The notes beneath the pieces were generated by a model. That model did no database searches. It was given only the letters and a program-made list of their open reading frames with translations, and was not told where the DNA came from. Position numbers and translations under genes: made by a program. DNA of 64,000 nt from Pristiophorus japonicus (taxonomy: Eukaryota), in the NCBI RefSeq assembly GCF_044704955.1, contig NC_091999.1:20150001-20214000 (forward strand), in the 5' to 3' direction. Each line of letters starts with the position of its first letter. Within the stretch, counting starts at the first letter, position 1. This document shows, one piece after another, positions 36,374 through 49,999 of this stretch.

Positions 36374-36932
36374 TCACTTGTGAATTCGCTGGTGCCTCAA
36401 CACGTGGGCTAACGTACTGAATCCCTTCCCACACTCAGAGCAGGTGAACCGCCTCTCCCCAGTGTGAACTCGCTGGTGTGTCAGCAAATGGGATGATGTA
36501 GTGAATCCCTCTATACACTCGGAGCAGGTGAACGGCCTCTTCCTAGTGTGAATTCACTAGTGCCTCAACAGGTGGGATGAACAAGTGAATCCCTCCCCAC
36601 ACTCAGAGCAACTGATCGGCCTTTCCCCGGTGTGAACTCGCCAATATGTTTCCAGCTGGGACCGGTAGTTGAAACATTTCCCACTGTCCCCACCATTACA
36701 CAGTTTCTCCCCAGTGTGACTGCACTTGTGTCTCTCCAGTTTGACTGATCGGCTGAAGCCTTGTCCACAAACAGAGCACGTGTACTGTTTCTCCCCGCTG
36801 TGAACAGTGCTTTTCGCTTCCATGGTCAAAGGCCGATGATATTCCGTTCCCAATGAATTGAGTGACTCCGTCAGATCTTAACGTGATGTTTGGTTTGAGC
36901 CTCTGGTCGCCAAATCCTCCCCTTTTAATCCC
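36374..36932 (-). pseudogene. C2H2 zinc-finger terminal exon, pseudogene (~5 fingers)
   Basis: HTGEK/HTGERPF linkers, CSECGKGF motifs. In-frame TAG TGA where CAG CGA (QR) is expected at ~36554-59; second finger has lost Zn ligands; acceptor ...cactttacAG at 36933-34. Confidence 0.88.
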
Positions 36933-37994
36933 CTGTAAAGTGAGTTTCAAACAGGAAAAAGGGTGGGTGAGAGAGAACCCACAAAAACACAAAGGCAGAT
37001 TGTGAAATTGAGCTGAATGAAGCAGGCTATTTGTGCAGCCGCCAGCAGAAAAAAGTTCCCATGAAAGCTGTTGGATTGTTGTAACAACCCAACTGTTCAC
37101 TAATGTCTGTCGGATTCACAAAATTCTGGGACCCCCGACTCAATGGACTAGAAACATAGAAACATAGAAACGTAGAAAATAGGTGCAGGAGTAGGCCATT
37201 CAGCCCTTCTGTGTCTGGAATTTAAATTAGACTGTGTTAGACTTTTGGAGGAGAAATGTGGACAGAAATATCTCACTATTAGGGATTTTGGACTAAATTA
37301 GGGCCTTTTAGATTGAGTTTGGACATTTTAAATTGTATGCTGGGTCTGCATAGGGCTGCTAGCCCATCTGGGAGGCAGGCCCCAGGGAGACAAAAGCCCA
37401 CTTACCAGGGACCCAGATACATACATATTTTAATAGTTCTTAAAACGGCTATAAAGAAAATCCCTGGAATCAGCAAAACAAACAATGGACAGTATCAAGA
37501 CCTGATTACATTCTAACGGCACCATTCGGAATCCCCATCAACACCTTTGGGAATCTTGTATCATGCTCATGCTCAATTAGCCCACCAACATTTTTCACAA
37601 AGGGATCACATTAGAGTTGATCAGCCTGCCAAAATCGCACAAAAGCAGTCGTCAGAAATCAATTGTGCTCTCCGGTATTAATGGGGGCATTGGTGGTGAC
37701 TTTTGGGCTGTGATACCTTTTGGGCTGAGAAAGCACTTCTGAAGAAATATATCTGAGAACACTCTGGAAAAGCACTTGGAATCTGGGATCTTTGACTCTG
37801 GCTTTGAAACATCTAACTTGCCAGACGAGGTTACAGCAAAATAACAAGAAGAACCTAACAAGAAGCCTCGGAGTCATGGAAAAACCAACAATCATCCAGC
37901 GCTGACTCAAGGAAGCACATTTATTTACCATCAAACCGTCGACCAGTGCTAATACCGAAGTCACTGCAACCAGCCAAAGACTCTACAAGATTGA

Positions 37995-39300
37995 GGAAAC
38001 ATAGAAACATAGAAAGTAGGTGCAGAAATAGGCCATTCGGCCATTCCAGCATGCACCACCATTAATAAGATCATGGCTGATCATTCATCTCAGTACCGTT
38101 TTCCTGCTTTCTCTCGATACCCCTTGATCCCTTTAGCCATAAGGGCCATATTTAACTTGCCCTTGAATATGTCCAATGAACTGTAATCAACGACTCTCTG
38201 CAGCAGGGAATTCCACATGTTAACAACTCTCTGAGTGAAGAAGTTTCTCCTCATCTCAGTCATAAATGGCCTACCCCTTATCCTTAGACTATCTCCCCTG
38301 GTTCTGGTATTCCCCAACATTGGGAACATTCTTCCAGCATCTAACCTGTCCCGTACCGTCAGAATTTTATATGTTTCTATGAGATCCCCTCTCTTCCTTC
38401 TAAACTCCACTGTATAAAGGCGCAGTTGATCCAGACTCTCCTCATATGTCAATCCAGTCATCCCTGAAATCATTCCGGTGAACCTTCGCTGCACTCCCTC
38501 AATAGCAAGAATGTCCTTCCTCAGATTCGGAGACCAAAACTGAACACACTATTCCAGGTGAGGCCTCACCAAGGCCCTGTACAACTGCAGTAAGACCTCC
38601 CTGCTCCTATACTTAAACCCCATAGCTATGAAGGCCAACATGCCATTTGCCTTCTTCACCGCCTGCTGTACCTGCATGCCAACTTTCATTCACTGATGAA
38701 GCATGACACCCAGGTCTCTGTGCACGTCCCCTTTTCCGAATCTGCCACCATTCAGATAATATTCTGCTTCGTGTTTTTGCCATCAAAGTGGATAACCTCA
38801 CATTTATCCACATTACACTGCATCTGCCATGCATTTGCCCACTCACCTAACCTGTCCAAATCACTCTGCAGCCTCTTAGCATCCTCCTCACAGATCACAC
38901 CGCCACCCAGTTTAGTGTCATCTGCAAACTTGGAGATATTACACTCAATTCCTGCATCCAAATCATTAATGTATATTGTAAAGAGCTGGGGTCCCTGCAC
39001 TGAGCCCTCCATTAGTCGGCACTCCATTAGTCACTGCCTCCCATTCCGAAAAGGACCCGTTTATCCCAACTCTCTGCTTCCTGCCGGCCAACCAATTCTC
39101 TATCCACATCAGTACATTACCCCCAATACCATGTGCTTTGATTTTGCACACCAATCACTTGTGTGGGACCTTGTCAAAGACCTTTTGAAAGTCCAAATAC
39201 ACCATATCCACTGGTTCTCCCTTGTCCACTCTACTAGTTGCATCCTCAAAAAAATCCAGAAAATATGTCAAGCATGATTTCCCCTTCATAAATCCATGCT
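37995..39300 (-). mobile_element. CR1 LINE, 5'-truncated
   Basis: (CATAGAAA)n tail; GPQLFTIYINDLD...SKFADDTKLGG RT motif; QRRFT...RGDLIETYKIL. Confidence 0.95.
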
Positions 39301-40029
39301 GCACTGAACCCTAGCAGCGGATCAGAAATATTTGTTCAGCGGCAACAGGAGTTTTAATGTCCACTCCTTTAATTCATGACACTGATCTATAGAAACCAGC
39401 GCTGATGATGGACGAAAGATACACTGAAATATGGGACAATATTCACTCATTATTCAGCCCCAGGCAGCTGTATTACATTCAATCATCTCCTGCTCTGCCG
39501 AACTGTCACTGTTTCCAAATGACCAGCACAGGATTAAAAGTGTAATATCTGTTCCAGTAAGATGTTTATTAAGTTATTTTTGAACAAGGTGCATTTCAAT
39601 TGTTCAGCAACTCATGTTGGTGGAAATTAGTCCAGCCGTTCGTAAGCAGAGGATTGTGCATCGTGAAATATTTAGATATTTCTAATTTCCAGAATCCATC
39701 AATCAATTGGTGATCTGTTCAGTTCTCACAACCAGGTAAATAGCAGCAAGTTAACACGTCTCCAACTGTCTTCAGACACTTTCTGAAACACTACAGTGGC
39801 AGCTTACAATGTGGGTCATATTATCGGTCTACTGAAACAGACAGTCTTTTCTTTAAAGGTTAATTGATTTGTGTTCGGAAAGTTTGCCTTTAACACATTC
39901 GCAATGGGTATTAAATATATTGCCGGTGAAGGTTCTGATTTTAAAAAAGAATTCAATTATTGCTACATTTTCAGAAAATAATTGAAGTAATCGTCTTCAA
40001 CACTCGCCACAAACTCAGTACCATGGCCA

Positions 40030-41995
40030 CAGAACCCGTTCCCCTCCCTGGACAGATACTCTATTCCGTTCCCGGGACAGAGTCTCCATTCCCCTCCCTG
40101 GACACAGACTTCATTACCCTCCCTGAACACAGTCTCCATTCCCCTCCCTGGGCAGAGTCTCCATTCCCCTCCCTGGACACATACTCCATTCCCCTCCCTG
40201 GACACAGTCTCCATTCCCCTCCCTGGCAGTCTCCATTCCCCTCCCTGGACACAGTCGCCATTCCACTCCTTGGACAGAGACCCCATTCCCCTCCCTGGAC
40301 ACAGACTCCATTCCCCTCCCTGGACACAGACTACATTCCCCTCCCTGGGCACAGTTTCCATACCCCTATCTGGGCACAGTCGCCATTCCGCTCCCTGTAC
40401 ACATACTCCATTCCCCTCCCTGGACACAGACTCCATTCCCCTACCTGGACGCAGACTCCATTCCCCTCCCTGAACACATACTCTATTCCCCTCCCTGGAG
40501 AGAGACTCCATTCCCCTCCCTGGACACAGACTCCATTCCCCTTCCTGGACAGAATCTCCATTCCCCTCCCTGGACACAGACTCCATTCCCCTCCATGGAC
40601 ACAGATTCCATTCCCCTCCCTGGAAACAGACTCCATTCCCCTCCCTGGACAGAGATTCTATTCCCTTCCCTGGTCCCAGTCTCCGTTCCCCTCGCTGGAC
40701 ACAGATTCAATTCCACTCCTTGGACAGAGAACCCATTCCCCTCCCTGGACACAGACTCCATTCCCCTCCCTGGGCACAGTTTCCATACCCCTATCTGGGC
40801 AGAGTCGCCATTCCGCTCCCTGTACACATACTCCATTCCCCTCCCTGGACACAGACTCCATTCCCCTACCTGGACGCAGACTCCATTCCCCTCCCTGAAC
40901 ACATATTCTATTCCCCTCCCTGGAGAGAGACTCCATTCCCCTCCCTGGACACAGACTCCATTCCCCTTCCTGGACAGAATCTCCATTCCCCTCGCTGGAC
41001 ACAGACTCCATTCCCCTCCATGGACACACATTCCATTCCCCTCCCTGGAAACAGACTCCATTCCCCTCCCTGGACAGAGATTCTATTCCCTTCCCTGGTC
41101 CCAGTCTCCGTTACCCTCGCTGGACACAGATTCAATTCCCCTCCCTGGACATAGACTCCATTCCCCTCCCTGGACTCAGACTCCATTCCCTGGACACGGA
41201 ATCCATTCCCTTCCCTGGACACAGTATCCATTCCCCTCCTTGGACACAGATTCCATTCCCCTCCCTGGCACAGTCTCCATTCCCCTCCCTGGACACCGAC
41301 TCCATTCCCCTCCCTGGACAAAGACTCCATTCCCCTCCCTGGACACAGTATCCATTCCCCCCACTGGACATAGAATGTATTCCCCTCCCTGGACACAGAA
41401 TCCATTCCCCTCACTCGACACAGATTCCATTCCCCTCCCTGGACACAGACTCCATTCCCTGGACACAGATTCCATTCACATCCCTGGACACAGATTCCAT
41501 TCCCTTCCCTGGACACAGACTCCATTCCCCTCCCTGGACACATATTCTATTCCCTTCCCTGGACACAGACTTCATTCACCTCCCTGGACACAGTCTCCAT
41601 TCCCCTCCCTGGACACTGACTCCGTTCCCCTCCCTGGACACAGACTCCATTACACTCCATGGACACAGACTCCATTCCCCTCCCTGGATACAGACTGCAT
41701 TCCATTGCCTTATCACGGACTCCAATCGCTTCCTAGTCACAAGTTCCATTCCCCTCCCTTGACACAGACTACACCTCCCTCCCTGGACACAGACACCATT
41801 CCACTCCCTGGACACAGATTCCAGTCCCCACCCTTGACACAGATTCCATTCCCCTCCCTGGACACAGTCTCCATTCCCCTCCCTGGACACAGATTCCATT
41901 CCTCTTCCTGGACACAGACTCCACTCGCTTCCATTCACAAATTCCATTCCCCTCCCTGGGCACAGAGTCCGTTCGCCTCCCTGGACACAGTCTCA
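40030..41995. repeat. 25-bp minisatellite (CTCCATTCCCCTCCCTGGACACAGA)n, ~75-80 copies
   Basis: Direct inspection; source of the Pro/His-rich and Gly-rich spurious ORFs. Confidence 0.97.
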
Positions 41996-42544
41996 AGCAA
42001 CTCACAACAGTGGTTCATAATTCCGCTCCCATTGACGTTTTTTAATATGTTCTTGGGATCTGGGTGACTGTGGCGAGAATCTATTTGGTTTACATCTCTA
42101 GGTGAGCTGCGAAGCTGGTGGTGGGTATCCTCCTTGAGCTGAAAGAATTCTTCTGCTGAGGGTGTTCCCACGTGGTGGTAGTTTGAGAATTCCTGGATTC
42201 TGACTGAGCAGTAATGAATGGTGGGGTCGGGCTTGCTGTGTTGGAAATAATGGTTCTCAAGAGTTTACTGTTCTCCTTCTCGCTGTAAAGATCACGGGCG
42301 GGAGGTGCTGTCCAAGTAACGTCAGTGACTTGTTTCAGTAGTCTGTAGACCTAACTTACTGCAGCCGCAGAGCTGGGAGGGGTGGATACAGTCGAGTGGT
42401 ACATGGACACAGATTTGTTTAATGTACTCTGTCCTGGATGTTTTACAGATTCTTGTCTGTTGCAGTTGCCCATCCAGGTGAGTGGTGATTATTCTATAGC
42501 ATTTATGATCTGAGGCTTTTAGGTGTTTGACAGGCTTTGAGGAT

Positions 42545-42894
42545 CAACTATTTACAATCTATATTATTGATTTGGATGAAGGGACTGAGTGCATTGTGGC
42601 CTAATTTGCTGGCGATAAAATGATATGTGGGAAAGCAAGTTGTGAAGATGACAAAAAGAGTTTTCAAAGTGAAATAGATTGATATGTTATGTGCTTGGGC
42701 AAAGATTTGGCAGATGTAGTATAATGTGGGAGAATGTGAGGTTAACCACTTTGGTAGGAAGACTAGAAAAGCAAAGTATTATTTAAATGGATAGAAACTA
42801 CAAAATGCTAAAGTACAGAGAGAACTGGGGGTCCTTGTACATCAAACACAAAAGGTTGGCATGCAGATGCAGCACTTAATTAGGAAGGCAAATG
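42545..42894 (+). mobile_element. CR1 RT fragment (left part of host element)
   Basis: CAACTATTTACAATCTATATT...TTTGCTGGCGATAAA (FADD region)...TAGGAAGGCAAATG. Confidence 0.85.
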
Positions 42895-45165
42895 CATCTC
42901 CTCGTAAAGGATCCCCTTGGAATGAGTGATCATAGCATGATTGAATTTCAAATTCAGATGGAGGGTGAGAAAGTTGGATCTCTAACCAGCGCAATTAGCT
43001 TAAATAAAGGAGACTATGAAGATACGAATGCAGAGTTGGCTAAAGTGCACTGCGAATATAGATTAAAGTGTTGGACAGTTGATTAACAGATGTACATTTA
43101 AGGAGATATTTCACAACTCTCAAGAAAAATATATTCCAGTGAGAAGGAAAGGATGTAAGAGCAACCATAGCCATCCATGGATAACTAAAGAAATAAAGGA
43201 CGCGATCCAATTAAAAACAAGGGCATACAATATGGACAAAAAATGCGGGAGGAGAGAAGACTGGGAAGTTTTTAATAGCCAACAACAAAGAATGACTAAA
43301 ACAAGGATTAAGAAAGGGAAGATAGACTATGAAATTAAACGAGGACAAAATATAAAAACAGATAGCAAGAGTTTCTATAGGTATATAAAAAGCAAAAGAA
43401 TGGCTAAAGTAAATGTTGGTTTCTTAGAGGACGAGACTGGGGAATTAGTAATGGGGAACATGGAGATTGCGGAAACATTGAACAAATATTCTGTATCAGT
43501 CTTTACGGTGGAGGACACTAACAATATTCCAACAGTGGATAGTCAAGGGCCGATGAGGGGAGGGGGGGTGAAAGTTAACACAATCAGAATCACTAAGGAG
43601 GTGGTACTCAGTAAGATAATGGAACTAAAGTCAGATAACTCTCCTGGAACTGATGTCTTGCATCTTCGGGTCTTAAGAGAAGCAGTGGCAGGAATTGTGG
43701 ATGCGTTGGTTGAAATTTACCAAAATTCCCTGCATTAGGCGGAGGTTCCAGCAGATTGGAAAACTGCAAATGTGACGCCACTATTTAACAAAGGAGCCAG
43801 ACAAAAAGCAGGAAACTATAGACCAGTTAGCCTAACAATTGTGGTTGAGAAAATGTTGGTGTCCAGTATTAAGGAAGCAGTAGCAGGACATTTGGAAAAG
43901 CAAAATTCGGTCAGGCAGAATCTGCATAGATTTATGAAGGGGAAGTCATGTTTGATAAATTTGCTGGAATTCTCTGAGGATGTAACGAACATTATTGATA
44001 AGGGGAACCTTTGGATGTGGTGTAATTGGACTTCCAGAAGGCATTTGACAAGGTGCCACATAAAAAGTTATTTCACAAGATAAGAGTTCCCTGGGTTTGG
44101 GGTAACAGATTAGCATTGATAGAGGATTGGCCAACTAACAGAAAACAGAGAATCGGGTTGGCAACGATTGACTAGTGGGGTGCCGCCGGGATCAGTGCTG
44201 GCACCCCCAACCATTTACACTCTATATTAACCACTTGGAAGAAGGGACTGAGTGTAACATAGCCAAGTTTGCTGATGATACAAAGATAGGAAGAGGAAAT
44301 CTGCAAAAGGACTTAGACAGGCTAAGTGAGAGGCAACAATTTGGCAGATGGAGTATAATATTGGAAAGTGCGAGGTCATGGACTTTGGCAGAAAAAAATC
44401 AAACAGCACGTTATTATTTAAATGGAGAAAGATTGCAATTTGCTGTAGTACAGCGGGATCTAGGGGTACTTGCGAATGAAACACAAAAGGTTAGTATACA
44501 AGTTCAGCAAGTGATCAGGAAGCCAATGGAATCTTGACCTATATTGCAAAAGGGATGGAGTATAAAAGCAGGGAAGTCTTGCTACAGCTTTAGTGGCTAT
44601 TGATGAGGCAACACCTGGAATAATGCATGCAGTTTTGGTTTCCATATTTACGAAAGTCTATAGTTGCTTTGGAGACAGTTCAGAGAAGGTTCACTAGGTT
44701 GATTCCTGGGGTGAGGGGGTTGACTTATGAGGAAAGGTTCAGTAGGTTGGGCCTGTACTCATTGGAATTGAGAAGAATGAGCGGTGATCATATCGAAACG
44801 TATACGATTATGAGGGGGCTTGACAAGGTGGATGCAGAGAGGGTGTTTCCACTGATGAGGGAGACTAGAACTAGAGGGCCTGATCTTTGAATATGGAGTC
44901 ACAAATTTAAAACTGAGATGAGGAGATAGAGACTTGTAAATCTGTGGAATTCGCTGCCTTAGAGAGCTGTAGAAGCTGGGGCATTGAATAAATTTGAGAC
45001 AGAAATAGACAGTTTCTTTAACGATAAGGGGATAAGGCATTGTGGGGAGCGAGCAGGGAGGTGGAGCTGACTGCATGATCGGATCAGCCATGATCGTATT
45101 GAATGGCAGAGCAGGCTCGAGGGGCCGTATGGCCTACTCCTGTTCCTATTTCTTATGTTCTTATC
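42895..45165 (+). mobile_element. CR1 LINE nested in another CR1 (endonuclease end, RT, 3' tail)
   Basis: PLGMSDH, NYRPVSLT, KFADDTKIG; ends CCTATTTCTTATGTTCTTAT. Confidence 0.92.
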
Positions 45166-45815
45166 AATGTTGGCCTTTATTGCAAGGGGTTTAGTATAAA
45201 GTAGGGAAGTCTTGCTAGAACTGTACAGGACGTTGGTGAGGTCACACCTCGACTACTGCGTACAGTTTTAGTATCCTTATTTAAGGAGGCATATACTTGA
45301 ATTGAAGCAGTTCGGATAAGGTTCACTTGGTTGATTCCTGGGATGAAGGGGTTGTCTTATGAGAAAGGGTTGAGCAGTTTGGGCCTGTACTCTTTGGATT
45401 TTAGAAGAATGAGTGGAGATCTTACTGAAACATATAACATTCTGAGGGGACTTCACAGGGTAGATGCTGAGAACATGTTTACCCTCGTGCGGGAATCTAA
45501 AACTAGGAGGCAGAGTTCCAGAATAAGGGGTCGCCCGTTTAAGACAGAGATGAGAAGAAATTTCTTCTCTCAGAGGGCAGTGAATCTTTGGAATACTCTA
45601 CCCCATAGAGCTTTGGAAGCTGAGTCCTTGAATGTGTTAGGCTGAGACAGAGATTCTTGAAATATAGGGCAGTCAAGTGTTATGGAGAACAGGGAGGAAG
45701 GTTGAGTTCAGGTCAATATCAGATCAGCCATGGTCTCAGATCAGCCATGGTCTTATGCCAGGGCGGAGCAGACTCGAGGGGCCGTATGGCGTACTTCTAC
45801 TCTTATTTCCTATGC
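45166..45815 (+). mobile_element. CR1 3' part (right part of host element)
   Basis: Resumes AATGTTGGCCTTTATTGCAAGGGG; ends in a degenerate CR1 tail. Confidence 0.88.
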
Positions 45816-46599
45816 TATTTTGTTGCGATCAGGCCGTGAGTCACTTGTCACTGAGCGCCCAGCCTCTGCCCTGCTTTTACAGTCAGTGTTCATATGGCTG
45901 AACCAGTTCAGCTTCTGGTCAATAGTGATCACCAACTGTTTGTGGGTGGTGCTTCGGTGAAGTTCATGGGGAGATGGGTGGTCAGAGTGTTGATCAGTAT
46001 ACCTGATTCTTATGCAGCAGATTATTACTTACCGCAGATCAGTCGAAGCCTGGACGTTCTGCCTGTCCTTATATCGGAGGAGCTGCAAAATGGCAGAATC
46101 ATCAGTGGGTGGACCCACTCCTGACATATATGATAGTGGAAGGTCATCATTGAGGCAGCTGGAGGTGGTTCCTCTGAGAACACTTCCCTGAGGTACGACA
46201 ATAACGGTCACATTCCTTGTAGCAGTTATGATCTCAGCCATTGGAGAATTGCCACCTTGAACCCCTCATTGAAAGATGTCTGTATCAAGGCTATAATGAA
46301 GTTTGCATCCGGGTGTTTCTGGCTAGACCCAAACTGAATATCAGTGAGGAGGATATTTGTGCGTAGATGTGACTTCATGGCATTATTATAACTGCTCAAT
46401 CAATGTAATGGCGATTAATAGAAAACAGAAAGGGTGGTAATTGTCTGGGTTAGATTCTTCCCGATTTTATTGATAAGATATACCGAGATAAATTTTCACC
46501 CTATCGAGCAGATGTCAGTATCTTCGCCGCAACATTTAAGCGAGGGCTGAATTTCAAATTCCCAACTGCATAGCATTTGACCTACCATTGCCCAAAACA

Positions 46600-49500
46600 T
46601 TTCTGCAACTATCAATCTGCTCAATCACACCCTCCCCTTCACCTTTCGTGCTCTTGTCCACAATAAATAATTTCTTTCTGTGGTCTTCCCCTTGGTATGG
46701 TCCTCATATTTGCTTCCATAAGTCAAAGGGACGCACTTTTGAACTTCTGTGGGAGATAACTAGTTTAAACATTCATCGCCAGATCTGGCTGGACCACATA
46801 AAACATTTTCGGATCCCTGCCCTCACCTCCAACAACAGGTGCGAGGAGCACATGGACTTCTTTGTCACAATAATTGAGACTATTCGTTCAGCTGCCTCTG
46901 CCCCTTCCCTTCCGTTCCCCAGCCCACCGTGCCAAACGTCTCTTAAGGTGGCCGCCTGCCATATCCCTGAAATCGCATATTTTTCTAGTTCCTCACCTAT
47001 TTCTGCTCTTGCCCTCTCCGAGCTCATTTCGCCCAGGAGACCCACCTTCCGCTCCGCCTGGCCCTATTCCCACCAACCCTTTGACAACGTAACTTCCCTA
47101 CCTGGCCCCCATGTTAGCAAATATTGTTAACCGTTCCCTGTCCCCATCAGACACCAATGTGCTGTCATCACACCTCGCCTCGAAATATCAATCCTTGACC
47201 AATGTTCGCACTAATTTTATTGTACTGAGTGTGCCATGAACTCCTTTGTGCGTGACCTTTTCATTTGTGGGCTAATGTTACAACAACAACTTTTACAACT
47301 ACAACAGGAACCACTTATAAGCATACATACAGTAATGCCATATTCCCATCCCGCTGCATTAAATCATGAGACAATCAGACAATGTTCGATACGGCTTTTA
47401 CGTATCCTTTCAATTAAATTCCTCCAGAATTGGACCCCAGTGCTATAATTGCACTTTTATGTTTTTTTAAACCACGTTGTAACTTTTAATGATTTGTGAA
47501 GCTATAAGCCAGACCCCTTTGCACCTCTAACCGACTTAGATTCATATTTTCCAAGGAGTAGCTAGCCTCCTTATGCCTCCTACAAAGATGCAGTGCCTCA
47601 CACTTATCGGTATTGAAATTAATTTGACATTTACATTCGTATTCTGCAAGTTTGTTTGTGATAGAATTAATTAAAAGCTTTTAGTTCGTTGTACAAACTC
47701 CCTTCTCTGTGTCTCTCCCTCTCTCCCCCCTCCCCCTCCCCCGCCCCCCACCACCGGCCGCCAACCACAGCCCAGTTTCTCTTTCTCTCTCTGCCCAAGT
47801 CTCTCTCTCCCCAAGTCTCTCTCTCTCCCTCCAGTCTCTCTCTTCCCAGTCTTTTCCCCCCAGTCTCTCTCTCTCCCCAGTGTCTCTCTCTTGCCTCCAG
47901 TCTCTCTCTCTCACCCCAATCTATCTCTCTCACACTCTCTCTCCCCAGTCCCTCTCTCTCCTCCAAGTATATCTTTCTCTCTCCCAGTCTCTCTCAATCC
48001 CCCAGTCACTTTCTCTCCGCCCCCAGTCTCTCTCCCGCCATAATCTCTCTCGATCACCAATCTCTTTCTCTATCCTGCTCCTAGTCCCTCTCTCTCCCCC
48101 TGTCTCCCTCTTTCCCCCAGTCTCTCTCTCTCGCTCGTATCTCTCTCCGCACCAGTCTCTCTCTCTCTCCCAGTCTCCCCCAGACTGTCTCTCTCCCCAG
48201 TTCCTCTCTCCCCCAGTATCTCGCCCTCCACCCACACCCCCAGTCCTCGACCACCCCCCCCCCACCACCCGTGGTCTCTCTCTAACCCTCCCTTTTCGAT
48301 CCTTTATTCCCAGCCAGTCAGTTTCCCCATGGACCTGAAGAAAATATGTCCGTGGTGCAGGCTGCAACTGTTGGATGATATGCATGCGTGGCTCTGGGAT
48401 TCCGCATGCGTGCACAGAAGGCCGCCTAAATGGTGGTGTGGATAATCACATCATTCGTATTCACATCCTTGCGGCTCAGGGACAGGCCTCTAGTACGATC
48501 TAGTATCGAAAGGGTCTACCGCACAGGCGCCGAAAGCTGCTCCTGTGGGTCGAAAGAACGAGGCTGCAGGACATGGTTGAAAAGAGCATCTGTGCTGGAG
48601 CCTGCGCCAGCTGGACTGTGCGGCATGCACTGCCTGGTGCACGGCCGCCTCGAGGGAGCGGCGCCGCAACGCACTCACACAACTTAGGGGCAACCGTGCC
48701 CGTGACACCTCTGTCCTTGCACCCTACTGCCCCATCTCATACCTACCTTTCTTGTTCAAAGGCCTAGATCTGCCGTCGCCCCACATCCAAGCACAGAATT
48801 CCCGCAGCTCCTTGTTCCGAATCCATCTACAAAGTTTTTCGTCCCTGTCATATTACTGAAGCGGCCCTTATGAAGATCACAAATAAAATCCTGATGTGAG
48901 TCTGACAGTGGTAAGATGTCACTCCTGATCCTTCTTGACCTGTCTGCAGCCAATGACACGGTTGACTACTCCATCCTCCTCCAACGCCTCTCCAACGTCG
49001 ACCAGCTGGGTGGGACTGGCCTCGCCCGGTTCCACTCTTATATATCCAGAGAATTGATGAAATGGCTTCTCTTCCCGTTCCCTCACTGTTACCGCTGATG
49101 ACCCCCTAGGTCCTTTCACTGATTGGTCAGACTGCTTGTCCGACATCCAGTACTGGAAGAGCAGAAACCCCCTCCAACTAAAATTGGGCAGTCCATAGCC
49201 ATTGGCTTCGGTCCCCGCCTCAATCTCCGTTGTCCAATTACCGACTCCACCCCTTTCCGTGGCAACCGTCTGAGACTGAACCAGATTGTTCACAACATTG
49301 GTGTCATAATTGACTCCGATATTTGATTCTGACCACCTATCCACTCCATTAACAAGACCGTCTACTTCCACCACCGTAACATTTCCCGACTCCACCTCTG
49401 TCTCAACTCATCTGCTGAAACCCTCATCCATGCGTTTATTACGTCTAGACTTGAATATACCAACCCACTCATGGCCAGCATTTCATCTTCGACCCGACAT

Positions 49501-49990
49501 AAGCTTGACACCAACCAAAACCCTAGCGTACATAGCCAAACTCGCACCAAGTCCCGGTCACCAATCACACCTCTACTCGATTACTTATAGGGGGTTCCGG
49601 TCGAGCAACGCCTAGATTTTAAAATTCTCACCCTTGTTTACAAATCTCTCCGTGGCCGCACCCCTCCCTATCTCTGTAAACTCCTCCAGCTCTCCAAGCT
49701 GTCAAGATCTCGAGGCTCCTCCAAATCTGCCCTCACGAGCATGACCGATTTTAATCGTTTCAGCTGCCCAGTCTCTCAGCTCTGTCATTCCCTCCCTACA
49801 CCTCTCTGCCAAACTTTATCTCTCTCTCTCTCTTCATTTAAGACACTCCACAAAACCTATCTCTTTGAATTTGGTAATCTGTCCTAAAATCTACTTATAT
49901 GGATCGGTGTCAAAAATATTTTGTTAACGCTCCTGTGAATAGCCTTGGGACGTTTTACTACAATAAAGGCGTTTGCTGTTCTTGTTGCAT
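46600..49990 (+). mobile_element. Fragmented L2-clade LINE with internal insertions
   Basis: LSELI...PIPT-like segment ~47020-47075; [24 protein letters not shown] at 48916; 3' end GCCTTGGGACGTTTTACTAC. Confidence 0.75.
47700..48300. repeat. C/T-rich low-complexity tract (CCCAGTCTCTCTCT-like)
   Basis: Direct inspection. Confidence 0.9.
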
Positions 49991-49999
49991 TTGTTATCA

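Noticed and set aside
39960-42067. 312-aa and 490-aa Pro-rich ORFs
   Set aside because: 25-bp unit is not a multiple of three; ORFs cycle through frames on both strands, a minisatellite artefact.
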